DNA from: Ginglymostoma cirratum
Lineage: Eukaryota
DNA: 64,000 nucleotides
Direction: 5' to 3'
Assembly (NCBI GenBank): GCA_024137785.1
Contig: JAHRHZ010000218.1
Coordinates: 10,067,624 to 10,131,623 of the forward strand
The notes under the pieces are model-generated. The model had not been told where the DNA came from and made no database searches. It saw only the letters and a list, made by a program, of their open reading frames with translations. Position 1 is the stretch's first letter. Each line of letters begins with the position of its first letter. Positions 12,780 through 24,232 of this stretch are shown here, in pieces. Made by a program: the position numbers and the translations under genes.

Positions 12780-13700
12780 CCTCAGTCACATGAAGTGATA
12801 ACAGACAGACTGAAAGCAGCTCTATTTCTCTTCCTCATTTCAAGGTTGTCACTGTGGAGCTGGTGTCAAGCCCTGGGCAGACTACCTCCAGTTATGACCT
12901 ATACTCTATTAAGTCCTGCAGGGCTGCTCCAGTGTACTTCAGACAGTCAAAACATTGATTCAGCACCTGAGTTGTCAACTGTATCTGGAAATATGACTTG
13001 CATTTCATACAGGCCGCTAACCTCTGCATGGGTTGTGCACCCAGTGCCATGAGCGTATAGCAGTCCTTGTCAGTCAACAGTCTCATTTTCCATGTAGGCT
13101 GTAATGCACATGACATAGTGAACTGCTGCAGCGTAAAGGCGCAGTGACTGCTGCCATGAAACCCATGCATTGACCTGTAAGATACACTGCACATGGTCAC
13201 ACAACACATAAATTGGATTTGATTGAGTGGAATCTCTTTGGTATCAGTACATCTCAAGAGTTAACATGCGCTGTCACTGGCATCTTCTGCCATGGGAAAG
13301 CCTGCAATCATTGCCATGTTATGCACTCATCCTGCCTGCTTGTTAAAAGCAAGCAAGAATGAAATGAGTTCAGCCCTGTTGGGATACATAGTTTCAGTGA
13401 CCTCTGTTATGTAATAGTTGGTGGCATGATGGGAGATATTACAGATATCGCCCGCCTCAGCTGATAAGGAGCCACATACACACAGAGTCATAGCCATGGT
13501 TCCCTTCCAAATACAATGCCATCCTTGCCCTGTTCTGATGTTATATTTGTAGCTGCAGCAAATGGCAGATTTCACTGCAGACCTCCTTAACGATGCACAG
13601 AGTTTGGACACTGTTCCTCACTGAGATTCATGGAGAAAAGGCAGGATGGATATAGCCTCCATCTGAGAATCTTCTCTCCATCCTGCTCCTCCCTCATCTT
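12780..13700 (-). mobile_element. PIF/Harbinger (HARBI1-like DDE) transposase pseudogene
   Basis: Minus ORFs give GSLSAEAGDICNISHHATNYYITEVTETMY...ISF, then HGSSHCAFTLQQ...LLTDKDCY...QVLNQCFDCLKYTGAALQ. These are collinear with Harbinger motifs SGSFQ..GD..ISQ, PGSSHDAFIL, LLGDKGY and RFRCLD..GG.LQ. Frameshifted. Confidence 0.8.
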
Positions 13701-13806
13701 GCCGTTTGTCCTGCTCTGCATGCACTGCACTGATTTTCCCAGTCATGCTGTAATTCAAGAAGAATGTCTACACCTGCATCCATGCTTGGGTGTACATTGT
13801 ACGGAA

Positions 13807-13966
13807 ATTGCTGGGAAAGCTCAGAGCTCTGAAGAAGGGTCATTAGACCCAAAATGTCAACTCTGCTTTCTCTCCAAAGATGCTGCCAAACCTACTGAGT
13901 TTGCCCAGCAATTTCTGTATTGTTTCTTATTTCCAGTTTCCACAGTTCTTTGTGTTTTTTTTTGCT
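13807..13966 (+). mobile_element. Short Penelope-type element with hammerhead-ribozyme remnant (13822-13865) and partial inverted arm
   Basis: Reads CAGAGCT-CTGAAGA-A-GGGTC-ATTA-GACCC-aAAA-tGTC-AACTCTG. Imperfect TSD TTGTAC(G/A)GAA at 13797-13806 and 13967-13976. Confidence 0.75.
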
Positions 13967-16289
13967 TTGTACAGAATCCTTGAATTCAGGACAAAGTTGT
14001 TCAGCATATGCCAAACAACTTCCAGTGAATGTTATCAGCTTTGAAGATCTGACAAAACCAGAAAACACTTCCACAATTACAGCAACTGCCAGTAGAAGTC
14101 AATCAGCAAGTGACTTAAAAGGATTTGATGATCCCTTAATATTGCTGGGGGTGTACTTCCTGCTACTAAAGGTCCGCTCAGCTGTGCATGTTTAAGTGAT
14201 AACAGTAGCTGGAACACTGTACTCCAGAGCCACAGCACTGGTTTTGAATTCATGTCTACTTTACGAACTTGCACTGGGCACTCCCAGCACACGTTAATGC
14301 TGTCACCAGTATGACATCTGACATGTCTTGCAGCAGGATTGTCTGCCCACTGCAAATTCCATTTTTGTACCAAATCACCACTCCTGGCACTGAGAAACCA
14401 AGATCTTCAGTGGAAATACCAATATCTGTACTCCACCAAAGAATGACCCAAATATTGGGATTCAAGGGAAGGACTACCATAACAGCATGGACTGGACTGG
14501 ACTGGACTAACGGATACTGAGTTCTACCTCTAGCATTCTCTACACACCCATTTAATACTAGTGTTCACAGAACTTTTGCAACACTGGGAAAGTATCAGGA
14601 GACAATGCATATGTTTCCCAGGAAGTATCCTTCACATCCCTCACTTTCCTGAAAGTGTTCCATTAGTTCCTGCTGAACGCAAAGGAAAGTAATAGAAAAG
14701 TAATGCTGAAGTTATTTCATTGCCACAACTAGTGGCTAATCCTATCCTATTCCAATATCTAGATCTTGTTCTGTTTGATTGGATGCAGTGCTATCAAACT
14801 ATTTTCTTAAAGGGAAATGGGCCACACCAGAAAGAAATAACTCCACCTCGATTCCTTCCTGCTGCTATACATTAGTCATGGGGAAGAACTCAAAACCAGC
14901 AAGCAACTGATTTCACTTTGTTGCCAAAAGGGAACTGTAATGGCAAGACTCATTTATTTGGCAGTGGGTTCAAATCTTAATCAGCCCAAGGTCTCCTTTA
15001 TGAGCTGTATCCACATCTGTCTTACAGCTGGCAATACTGAGTGATTGTTTCAGGAGCAAAGCACAGCCTTCTCATCGCTGAAGAGTCATTGTGAAGTAGA
15101 TCTTCTTGCATATGGAAGTGGGGGGCTGTGACCAATGGTAGGAACAAGAGGTTATGAAGCCTACCACCCGCTGGTCATTCTCCTGAACCTACCTCCACTT
15201 CCACCTCAAAGTAGGGGATGCCCATTAAGGTTTTTATGCATACTTTTTAAAATATATTTAAGGACCTTCTAACAAATTAATGCAACATTAAAATATATCG
15301 AGACAATTTGTTAGAAAAGGGAATTGCAAAAGATTTTCTTTTTAAAAATCACAAAATATAAATAAAAATCAATGTGGTAAACTTGAAGAAGTTCCATCTA
15401 GGCTTGTACAGATACCTTATGGCCTCACTGAATAGAAGATTGCAACACCTCTTTCTCATACCACTCTTTTCTACCGTTGGGCAGGACAAAGTGCAAATAA
15501 TTCCAGACTTTGTAAACCCGTCCCAGGGTAAAAATTGCATCCTAGGAGGTTCAGAGATTCATTTGGGGCTGCTGGTGGTTAGGCAGCATAAATCCTATAA
15601 CAATACCTCTTAAGCTTGTGTCAACAGACAGAGTGAAATAGCAAGCACTGATTTTTATAGCGTTGCAGGCAGTTTTCCTTTCAACTATTTAAGAGACAGG
15701 AGATTTAAGTGCTCTGATGGCTTCTTTGGTAGCTGTTCTGCTAGTCCTTTTTGCAGTTTGACTGTTCTCTTGATGTTATCCACTTTTCACATGTGTACCA
15801 GCTTGCCACATTTACCTTATCTGCCCTCATTCTGTCAGACAGTATGCTGCATTTTGAGGCATAGTCAGCTGAAGTCAGCTTCCATCTTATTCAGAATTTC
15901 AGAATTGAATATTTTGAAGAACATTGAGGGCAATTTTGGTGTGGTATAATTCCACAGAATAGCAGATTGGCAGATTAGCATTTCTCCTGCTTTTGCAATT
16001 AAATATCTGGAGAGATGTAAGTATCTGCTGATTTGCTGCCACTATAGTATTTATTTCTCCTAACTTCTCCCAGCACTAAAGCTCTCCAGTCAGCACATAT
16101 TGAACAGCTTGCTGGTGAAACAGATAATGTTGACATGCTCAGTATGCACCAGCAGCTGCTAACCTGTTCAAACAATTTCCCCCTATTTCTCGCACATTTC
16201 CAGACACATTTCTTTCTTTGAGGAATAGTGACATGGCACTGGACATTGGACTACAGTCATGCAAATAATCTTCTATCATCACCCTCAGG

Positions 16290-17250
16290 CTCCTGTGACC
16301 AAACCAATTTTAGATCAATCTTGCCAAATTATCTTGGATTACATGTATTTTTATCTTCTTCATTCAGTCTCCCTTGTTTGCTGAAATCCATATAAATTAC
16401 ATCAACTGCACTACCTCATCTACACACCCAATCACCTTGTCATAAAATTCAATCAAACTTGTTCGGCATGACCTCTCTCTGACAAAGCCATGTTGACTAT
16501 CTCTGATCAAGTCTTGCCTTTCCAAGTGGAGTTTAATTCACTCCAATAGTTTGCCTACCATTGATGTCATTTAGCCCTGTGGAATATAGCGGCTTATCGT
16601 TGTCTTTCTACGTCCCTGGTTTCTCTTCAACAGATATGTACCATGGTCTCTGACTTATCACCTTCTGCTTTCTGGATGCCCTGCAGCCATTCAGTGACAC
16701 CCCTGACCCTGGTTCCGGGCGATGCAATGCACCTTCCTGGAGTCACATCTGTGGCTGGAGAAAAGCCAGTCTGCATCCCTCTCTATACAGAGGCACCTGC
16801 CACTACTTCCTTTGGACTCCTGTTCCTCATCACTTGATTAGTTGAGCCACCCATAGTGCTGTGTTCCACAGTGGGACCTTTACTGTGATCCATTTCTAGT
16901 TATTGAATAGAATGGTTATTGAATAGAATGCCCTCTGGGGCTTTCCTGTCTGCCTGACTCATCCCATTTTTCTGCTTGGTGGTCACCCATTCCTTTTCTG
17001 ACTGCAGCTCTTTAGTCTGCAGAGTGACCCCCAAATCAGAAAATATGCTATCCACATCGCCTTCAGCCTCTGCTCCTCCAGCTGATACTGAAGTCCCAAG
17101 CTGTTCGAACAGGCAGCACTTCCACCAGTATTGTCAACCAGTTTTCCAGAACCATGCTGTAATTCCCACATGCTGTTGACAGCAAAACACACTGACTTGG
17201 GGTCCCCTGCCAGTTTCAGTTAAATTTAAAGAACCCTACATTTGACACTA
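16290..17250 (-). mobile_element. Internally deleted CR1 retaining ORF1 remnants (N-terminal C..SMWE motif, GDSL-esterase-like segment) joined to an RT fragment
   Basis: Minus strand shows CFAVNSMWEL near 17190, a decayed VVxGxS..RG..D..F....DSRKVHC..PGTRV segment at ~16700-16810, and RT-region sequence at 16290-16560. Confidence 0.6.
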
Positions 17251-19091
17251 CTGGAAATAAAGAGTTAAACTATTACCCTGAAGACCCAAATGCAAAACGC
17301 TGAACAAAACTATAAAGACAGTTTAAATCTCAATACAATATTTTAAAATAGTAAAGGATAGTAGGAAAAACAGAAAGGGCAGAAAAGAGAAATACCTGTC
17401 CATCACATCCTCAAGATGGCATACGAGTATGTGGACTCAATATGGCAGGGCTGTTATGGCTTATCTCCAAGTTTCTTTCTCTGTAGTGGAGCAAGAACCT
17501 ATTCCTACAGGGCAAGGTGGGTGGAAGGACAAATGCAGACAAAGCAACAGTTTCTTCCACCACTTGCCTAACTGACTACTGACCAAACTGCAGAAACTTT
17601 CATTCAAAGTACAGCTGCACCCATTTGCATGAGGTGATGATGTTAATTGCTACTTTTCAGCCCAAGGAGACTAGATCTTCCACTGAAAAATTTTTAAAAA
17701 GGCAAGAGAAGAAAGAAGTCCAGAAATCTGGAAGCTAAACTGTAAAATGCTAAGAGTGCAAGTAATAGGTTGATGAGTATTTGAAAAGAGAGACCAAAGT
17801 TTTGAGAATTTAACTGTCGTAATCTGGCAGTGGGATTGGCAAGTATGTAGGTTTGATGTAGTAATAGGTCCTTTTTGACCTTCACAAAAGTTATAAAGGC
17901 AAGTCATGAAAATTGATGAATAATTTACACAGAGAATCTCAATGGAGCAATGAAAAATATCAGAAAGCCAAAAGGAAATGAAAATGACACCAAAATGAAG
18001 GAGAATAAAGTAGAAATTAGAGGGGAGCATGCAGGTAGGGAAGTGGAGAAAACAGTCAAGTTGCCAAAGTTAGTGTTCTTGCCTGAGGGTTGCAGATTTC
18101 CAAAATACGTTGGCATTCAGGAAACCCTTTCTATTCAGTGAGTGATACCTTCTGCTGTCTTTCTCCTATTAAAATATGCTTTGATCATTCTTGTCGACAT
18201 ACAAATTACTTTGTTATAAATAAATGAAATACTTCATTCACTAAAACTTTAATGTATTAATAGTTTCCATAGCAGCTATTGTATTTTATTGGCATTTTTC
18301 CAACAGCTGTTTTTATTTTAAAATGCAACTTTTTCTGTCTTATTGCTTGAGCTTACATGGTATATATTACCACATATTTAATTTTATTTAATGGTTCTTT
18401 TCTCTTTGGGACTATAGTGTAGCCACTAGATTAGGCCTCTGGGAGGTGATTAGGCAATGAATGTAATATTAATGCCTTGGTTGCAGCACTAACTGTTACG
18501 TGTAAATATTTTGAATTTATGGTTATCACAAATATGAATAAGACACTCTGTAAATAGGTAATGACTGTGTTGTAGCTTGTTCTACTGTTCATATTTTGGG
18601 CACATTAAACAAAGTGTTAGCACTGATCAATATGCAAACTGCATTCAGAGCAGTTGACTTCTGTCTGAATATTTTATCTAGGGGCACAGTAATTTCTTAT
18701 AGGCGTTGATGGCTGTCAAACTTGAACTCTGAAAATCAGTCTCATGATCTCAGCCCAATTGATAGCTTGGTCCCTGTCAATTTTAAGCATTTTTCAGTGG
18801 TAGTTGGTTTGGTGTAATCTAACAGGACTAGCAGCAAAATAAGGAAAAGACACTCCCTGCCCCAGCATTAAAATGGGAACTAAATGACTCACAATGTTGA
18901 ATATTTGTAGAGGCATAGCTCCTCATAGCTTTGTCCATCAGTAAAGCCCTCTTCTTATCATGGATATTTGGTGTAAATTTGGTGTTCTTTGAGTATAGAA
19001 AACCTATTGGTCAGCTACTGTAAAGCTCAAGGTCACCAGTACAGGAAATCTAAGATTGGCAATATTTATTCGCGAACATAAAAACACAAAT

Positions 19092-19234
19092 GTGAAGAAA
19101 AAAATCAAAGTTACCATTTCTGAAATGTTAACTCTGATTTTTTCTTCACAGATGCTGCCAAACCTGCTGAGCTTTTCCAGCAACTTTTCTTTTGTTCCCG
19201 ATTTACAACATCCGCAGATCTTTGTTTTTTTTAG
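19092..19234 (+). mobile_element. Short Penelope-type palindromic element with ribozyme core deleted, 74 nt upstream of the FAT4 last-exon acceptor
   Basis: Inverted arms tgtgaagaaaaaaatcaaagttaccatttc / gaaatgttaactctgattttttcttcaca, family tail gatgctgccaaacctgctgagcttttccagcaa, and an exact 12-bp TSD AAAAACACAAAT at 19080-19091 and 19235-19246. Confidence 0.8.
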
Positions 19235-19308
19235 AAAAACACAAATATTATTGTACAAAATTGACTGGAAAGTTTTTGTGACAGCATGTTTTTTTTTATT
19301 GTTTCCAG

Positions 19309-21200
19309 ATTTTGATGGCTGCATCTCTTATGTGACATATAATGGAGAAATGCTGCCCTTCACTGGAAAGCACAGGGATGTTACAATATTGAAAAGTGAT
19401 CCTTCTGTTAAGATAGGATGTAGAGGTCCTAACGTGTGTGCAAGTGACCCGTGCTCAAGTGGACTGATGTGCGTGAACCAATGGTATGCATATGATTGCG
19501 TCCCACCTGGAGAATGTGCTTCCAGTCCTTGTCAGAATGGAGGGAGCTGTGAGCCTCTTTCAAAATCTGGATTTACCTGCACGTGCCCTGAACTCTATAC
19601 TGGGGAAACATGTGAGACAGTGGTGGCATGTGTCGGTGTTCAGTGTCCCCCAGGAACTATTTGCAGAGCTGGAGTAGATAAAGGATACACCTGCAGTGCT
19701 AAACCACAAGCTGAGGAGCTTTCTTTGCCACTCTGGGCGGTGCCCGCGATAGTAGGCAGCTGCGCCACATTCCTTGCTCTCATTGTACTTGGTCTGATTG
19801 TGTGTAACCAGTGTCGAGGCAAAAAGGCAAACGTTCAAAAGGATGGGAAGACAAAGAAGAAGAAAGAGAAAAAGAAAAAAGGTAGTGAGAATGAAGGTTT
19901 CGATGATCCAGATAACCTCCCTCCATATGATGAGGAGCTGACTGTGAGAAAGCAGCCTGAAGGAGTTCCAAAACCTGATATAATTGAGAGGGAAAATCCC
20001 TACTTGATCTTCGATGAGACAGACATCCCACACACAACAGATACGTTGCCAAGTGGGCAGCCCTGCATAGGGCCTGAAACAGAACTTGAGCATTATGACA
20101 TAGAAAATGCCAGCAGCATTGCCCCTTCAGATGCAGACATTATACAACACTATAAGCATTTTCGTAGTCATACCCCTAAATTTTCCATCCAAAGGCACAG
20201 TCCACTTGGGTTTGCCCGACAGTCTCCTCTCCCACTAGGAGCAAGTAGTTTAAGCTATCAACCTTCCTATAATCAAGGATTGAGAACAGCCACACTGAGT
20301 CATAGTACATGCCAAAATCCTAACCCATTGTCTCGGCACAGCCCTGCACCATTCTCAAAGCCAGGAAGTTTCTACCGTAATAGCCCAGCAAGAGACTTGC
20401 ACCTAGCAAGAAGGGAAGGAAGCCCTAATGATATACATTCAGATGTTTGCCAGCCTGGCATTTTTAATTATGCTTCACGACTAGGAAGGAGGAGCAAAAG
20501 TCCCCAGACCATGACAAGCCATAGTCATGGTTCAAGGCCTGGCAGCCGCCTAAAACAGCCTATTGAGCAGATTCCTCTGGAGACCACACCACCCGTAGGA
20601 TTGTCCATAGAGGAGGTTGAAAGACTCAATACCCCTCGCCCTAGAAACCCAAGTATCTGTAGTGCAGATCATGGACGGTCATCCTCAGATGATGACTGTA
20701 GAAGACCTCTGTCCAGAATGAGAAACCCAGCTGATGGTACGCCTGCCCCAGAATCATCTTCAGACAGTGACTCACATGAGTCCTTCACCTGTTCTGAGTT
20801 TGAGTACGACAGGGACAAGCCTGCAGTCTACACTTCACGAATGCCAAAACTGTCTCAAGTCAATGAATCTGATGCAGATGATGAAGACAATTATGGTGGC
20901 AAACTGAAGCCACGCAGATATCATGGTCGTAGGGCAGAAGGAAATTCTACAGTCCTGCAGGCAAGTCATGAAGACTATAAGACACAACCCAAGCTTGGAC
21001 CACACGGAGCTGTGACAGGAGCGTTTAACTGGGACAGTCTATTAAATTGGGGTCCTGGTTTTGGGAATTATGTGGATGTTTTCAAAGATCTTGCATCACT
21101 TCCAGAAAATGTATCAACAGAGGCAAAAGAAGAAGCATTAAACACTGTTGCACAAAGTGCAGCTACAACTAATGATGCAGAAGCAGAAGAATATGTATAG
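19309..21200 (+). CDS. FAT4: FAT4 terminal coding exon: end of LamG2, EGF repeats, transmembrane helix (~19725-19805) and intracellular domain
   Basis: Acceptor tttttattgtttccAG in phase 1, giving (D)FDGCISY. Contains EGF motifs (CASSPCQNGGSCEP...CTCPELYTGETCE), hydrophobic LPLWAVPAIVGSCATFLALIVLGLIVC then a basic stop-transfer run, and FAT4 ICD motifs HYDIENASSIAPSDADIIQHYK and FNWDSLLNWGPGFGNYVDVFKDLASLP. Ends EEYV then TAG at 21198-21200. Confidence 0.97.
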
Positions 21201-22225
21201 ATATAATTTATATAGACTGTTAACTTTAATACATTAATAGCTGCAATTCACTGTCAATGAGAAGTGTGTAATGGAGCCCTTTCAAAATCATGTCCTCCTC
21301 TCATCAACCTTTGCCAGATGCTATATCTCATAATTTTTTGCTAATGAAGCATTTTGTTCTGAGATGAACATTGTCTTTCAGGGTTCCACTGCATCTACAG
21401 CACAGGAAGAACAATTGCATTAAAAGCACATAAGGATCATGGTGATGTTTGTGTTCCGCAGTTGCAGAATATTTTTCCTGACTTTTCCTTTCAGAACTGA
21501 AAACATATGTGTTTGATCTGTTTGAGCACAGTGTGTTTAATATTAAGCCACTGGCACTAAAACAGCACACAAGTTGGCTAGCGGTTGAAACAGTTGTGCC
21601 AATGTTGGGAGAGTACTTCAGAACTGCCTTGGTATAGATTCCTCTCTCCCTCCCCTCACCTTCCACTATACGTTAGTCTGTCTTCTCAGCGGGTGCCGTT
21701 TATTCTGTCATAAAGTAAATGTATCAGCACCCAATAGAACTATGTGAACTGTTCAGTCTAGCATTGGAGAAAGATTCATTTTGTTGTTTTTAACATTAGG
21801 AGTTATTGTTCCCACTTGCTTAAAAAGCAATGTTCCCCTCCATTGTTTGATATGGGGCCAATATGAGGGAAAACTTTTAAAAATTCTGGCCTAGTTTGGC
21901 ATAGAGCTAACCTTCAAAATTTTGGTGCAAACTTTAAATTCTATTCTATGCCCTATTTTCAGGCTTCTTACTTTTATACCATTTTAGTACCCTGTAACTT
22001 TAAAAAAAAAGACAGCTCTGTTTGTTACTGATGATATTTTCTTACAAAGTTTAAAGAAAAATGGTTCATGTTTCTTACTTTCAGGGAAGGTAAGATTGAG
22101 TACTTTTTGCATTTGTTACTTATGTAACGCCAGTATTTTTTTCATTTTGATATAAGTGTAACATACTGTATCCTTTGTACACATAAATGCCAAATATAGA
22201 AATAAACTATTTATTTAAAAAGTGT
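21201..22225 (+). other. FAT4: FAT4 3' UTR (predicted)
   Basis: AT-rich sequence without recognisable repeats after the stop codon, ending at AATAAA plus a GU/U-rich downstream element. The end position is inferred. Confidence 0.65.
22201..22206 (+). promoter_or_regulatory. Polyadenylation signal AATAAA
   Basis: AATAAA preceded by several TGTA motifs (22122-22180) and followed ~15-30 nt later by gtgttgttattctttt. Confidence 0.7.
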
Positions 22226-23127
22226 TGTTATTCTTTTATAAAATAATTAGTTTATTTTTAGGAAAATGATATTTTGTTTTTTAAACACTTTTCTAATATT
22301 TGCCTGAGCTCAGCGAAATCTGGAGACCTCATTTATCATATTGCTCATTTACTTTGAGCTTCAATCCTACGAAGATTTAAACTATGCTGAATTCATGTAA
22401 CCTAAAGGGAATTAATTTGGCTAATCTCACTTTCTAGACTAAACTGCACTGAATTTGACACTAATTGTCCCTAAGTGAGGAGTCTCAGTCAGAGAATTCT
22501 CAAGAGTGACTAATTTGGGAAAGGCAAGGATCATGTTAGAGCATTAAGAATGGGCAAGGCATAATGTTGAATGAGAAGGTGCTATAATTTGCACCTAACC
22601 TGAGCTTTGTCCCACCTAGAATAGTTTATCCTGACATTGATTGAAATGGGGAAATATGGTTAGATTTTCTGATGTCGCATAAAAGTTCATGAATAGTCAA
22701 GTTGCACTTCTCAGTACATCTTTATTACACGCCATCACAGGATTTATTTTTCATTGGCCTCAAAGCCAGGCAGAAATGGCTGAATAACTTAGCCAGTTCA
22801 AACTAGCACCTGTGCAACCGTGTAAGACTATCATATAGATTCCGGATAGCATATAATTTATAAGAAATTATGTGAGAGTGTTTATTATTTTTTCTAGTTG
22901 CTCTGGTGCAAATGGGCATTATGCTTGAACCACTGAAATCAACGACTAGAATTTTTCCTTCCCTGGTGTTATGTAGGTAATGACGAGAAAGATGGGAAAA
23001 TACAAAGGGATTGAAACAAAATCAGAATCTCAGTGTTAAGAAAAATGTTCTAATTTCCCTCTCAAGTTTTAAATGGCAGCTTCAGAACCTCGCCATTGAG
23101 CCGCGACTTAATTCCATGCATTTGCAA

Positions 23128-23486
23128 GAGTAAGCAATGGCCTAGAGGTATTATCCCCAACTATTAATCCTGAAACTCCATTTATATTCCAGAAACCCAG
23201 TTCACATCAGGCCATGGCAGATGGTGGAATTCGAATTCAGTAAAAGAATCTGGAATTAAGAGCCTAATGATGACCATGAAGCCATTGTCAATTGTCAGTA
23301 AAACACATCTGGTTCACTAACGTCCTCAGAAAAGGAGATCTCTCATCCTTATCTGGTCTGGCCTTCATGTAACTCCAGACCCAAAGCAATGTGGTTGATT
23401 CTTAACTGCCCTCTGGACAATTAAGGATGGGCATTAAATGCTGGCCTAGCCAGAGATGCCCATATCTGTGAGTGAATTTAAAAAAA
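23128..23486 (+). mobile_element. tRNA-headed SINE, internal-deletion derivative of the LINE at 45836-47740
   Basis: A-box-like TGGCCTAGAGG at 23138. Body homologous to 45836-46116 up to actgccctctg, joined directly to the LINE 3' end (caattaaggatgggcattaaatgctggcc...A-rich tail). Confidence 0.8.
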
Positions 23487-24040
23487 TCTAATTAAAGGCC
23501 CTACTCACTTATATGCCATTTCCAAACCTTTTCTCATTACCCGAGAAGCTAGACAGTGGAAATTATCAACAGCTTAATCAAAGCATGTACTTGGTGGCTG
23601 CATCTTGTCAAATACCTGTACCAACCATCATGTAACCAATTCTTCGTAATAACATGCCTGCATGCTCCATGGTTACTAACCTCCTTTGTCCCTGCACTTG
23701 GTAAATCACTAGCCTCAGTACAGGCTGAATGTCCCCATATTTTGGTTATGTTACTTTTCCCAAGTTTCATACAGGGTTTTTTTTCTCACCAGGTCTAACG
23801 TGTTTTCTTGCGTGATCACCCCTGGGTTTGCCTCAATAACTACCCAACTACACCCCTACAGCGCCTCCTGCTAGACTGATTCTCCCACTGGCCACAGCCA
23901 GAAGTACTTACCACTGTCTCGAGATTCTTGGCGCCAATGGCCATTTTTGAAAGGTGTTGTGCACCTGGTCATGCACTGATGGTCTGGAACTACCTTGCAC
24001 AGTGTGTAGCATTTGCCCCAGACACAGGAGCTAAGGGAAT

Positions 24041-24232
24041 TTGGCGAAGCGGGACTTGGAGATCCTGGTGGACAGGTTGGTGCAGAAAAGGGATATCCTC
24101 TTCCCACAGGACCAGCAGAGGATGCCAAGACACCACACCCTGCCAGCTGGAACAGTGCAGTCTCAATCGTCCAGAGGAATGCTCAGTAATGCAACAGAAG
24201 GTCATTGATCTACCCACTCCGCAAAGTTAAGT
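24041..24232 (+). mobile_element. Harbinger Myb/SANT-like (MSANTD/NAIF1-type) ORF remnant
   Basis: LAKRDLEILVDRLVQKRDILFPQDQQRMPRHHTLPA, frameshift, WNSAVSIVQRNAQ*C..KVIDL. Homologous to the copies at 26557-26743 and 37114-37577. Confidence 0.65.

Noticed and set aside
14489-14508. (GGACT)4 tandem repeat
   Set aside because: Ordinary short microsatellite with no spacers, so not CRISPR-like.
19056-19308. N-terminal 84 aa of the 714-aa ORF
   Set aside because: Non-ATG start, low-complexity F/L/K-rich sequence running through a repeat insertion. FAT4 similarity begins exactly at the acceptor at 19309, so this is intronic read-through.
19560-20093. 177-aa antisense ORF (and other nested ORFs) within the FAT4 last exon
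   Set aside because: Shadow ORFs of the coding strand with no recognisable domain.
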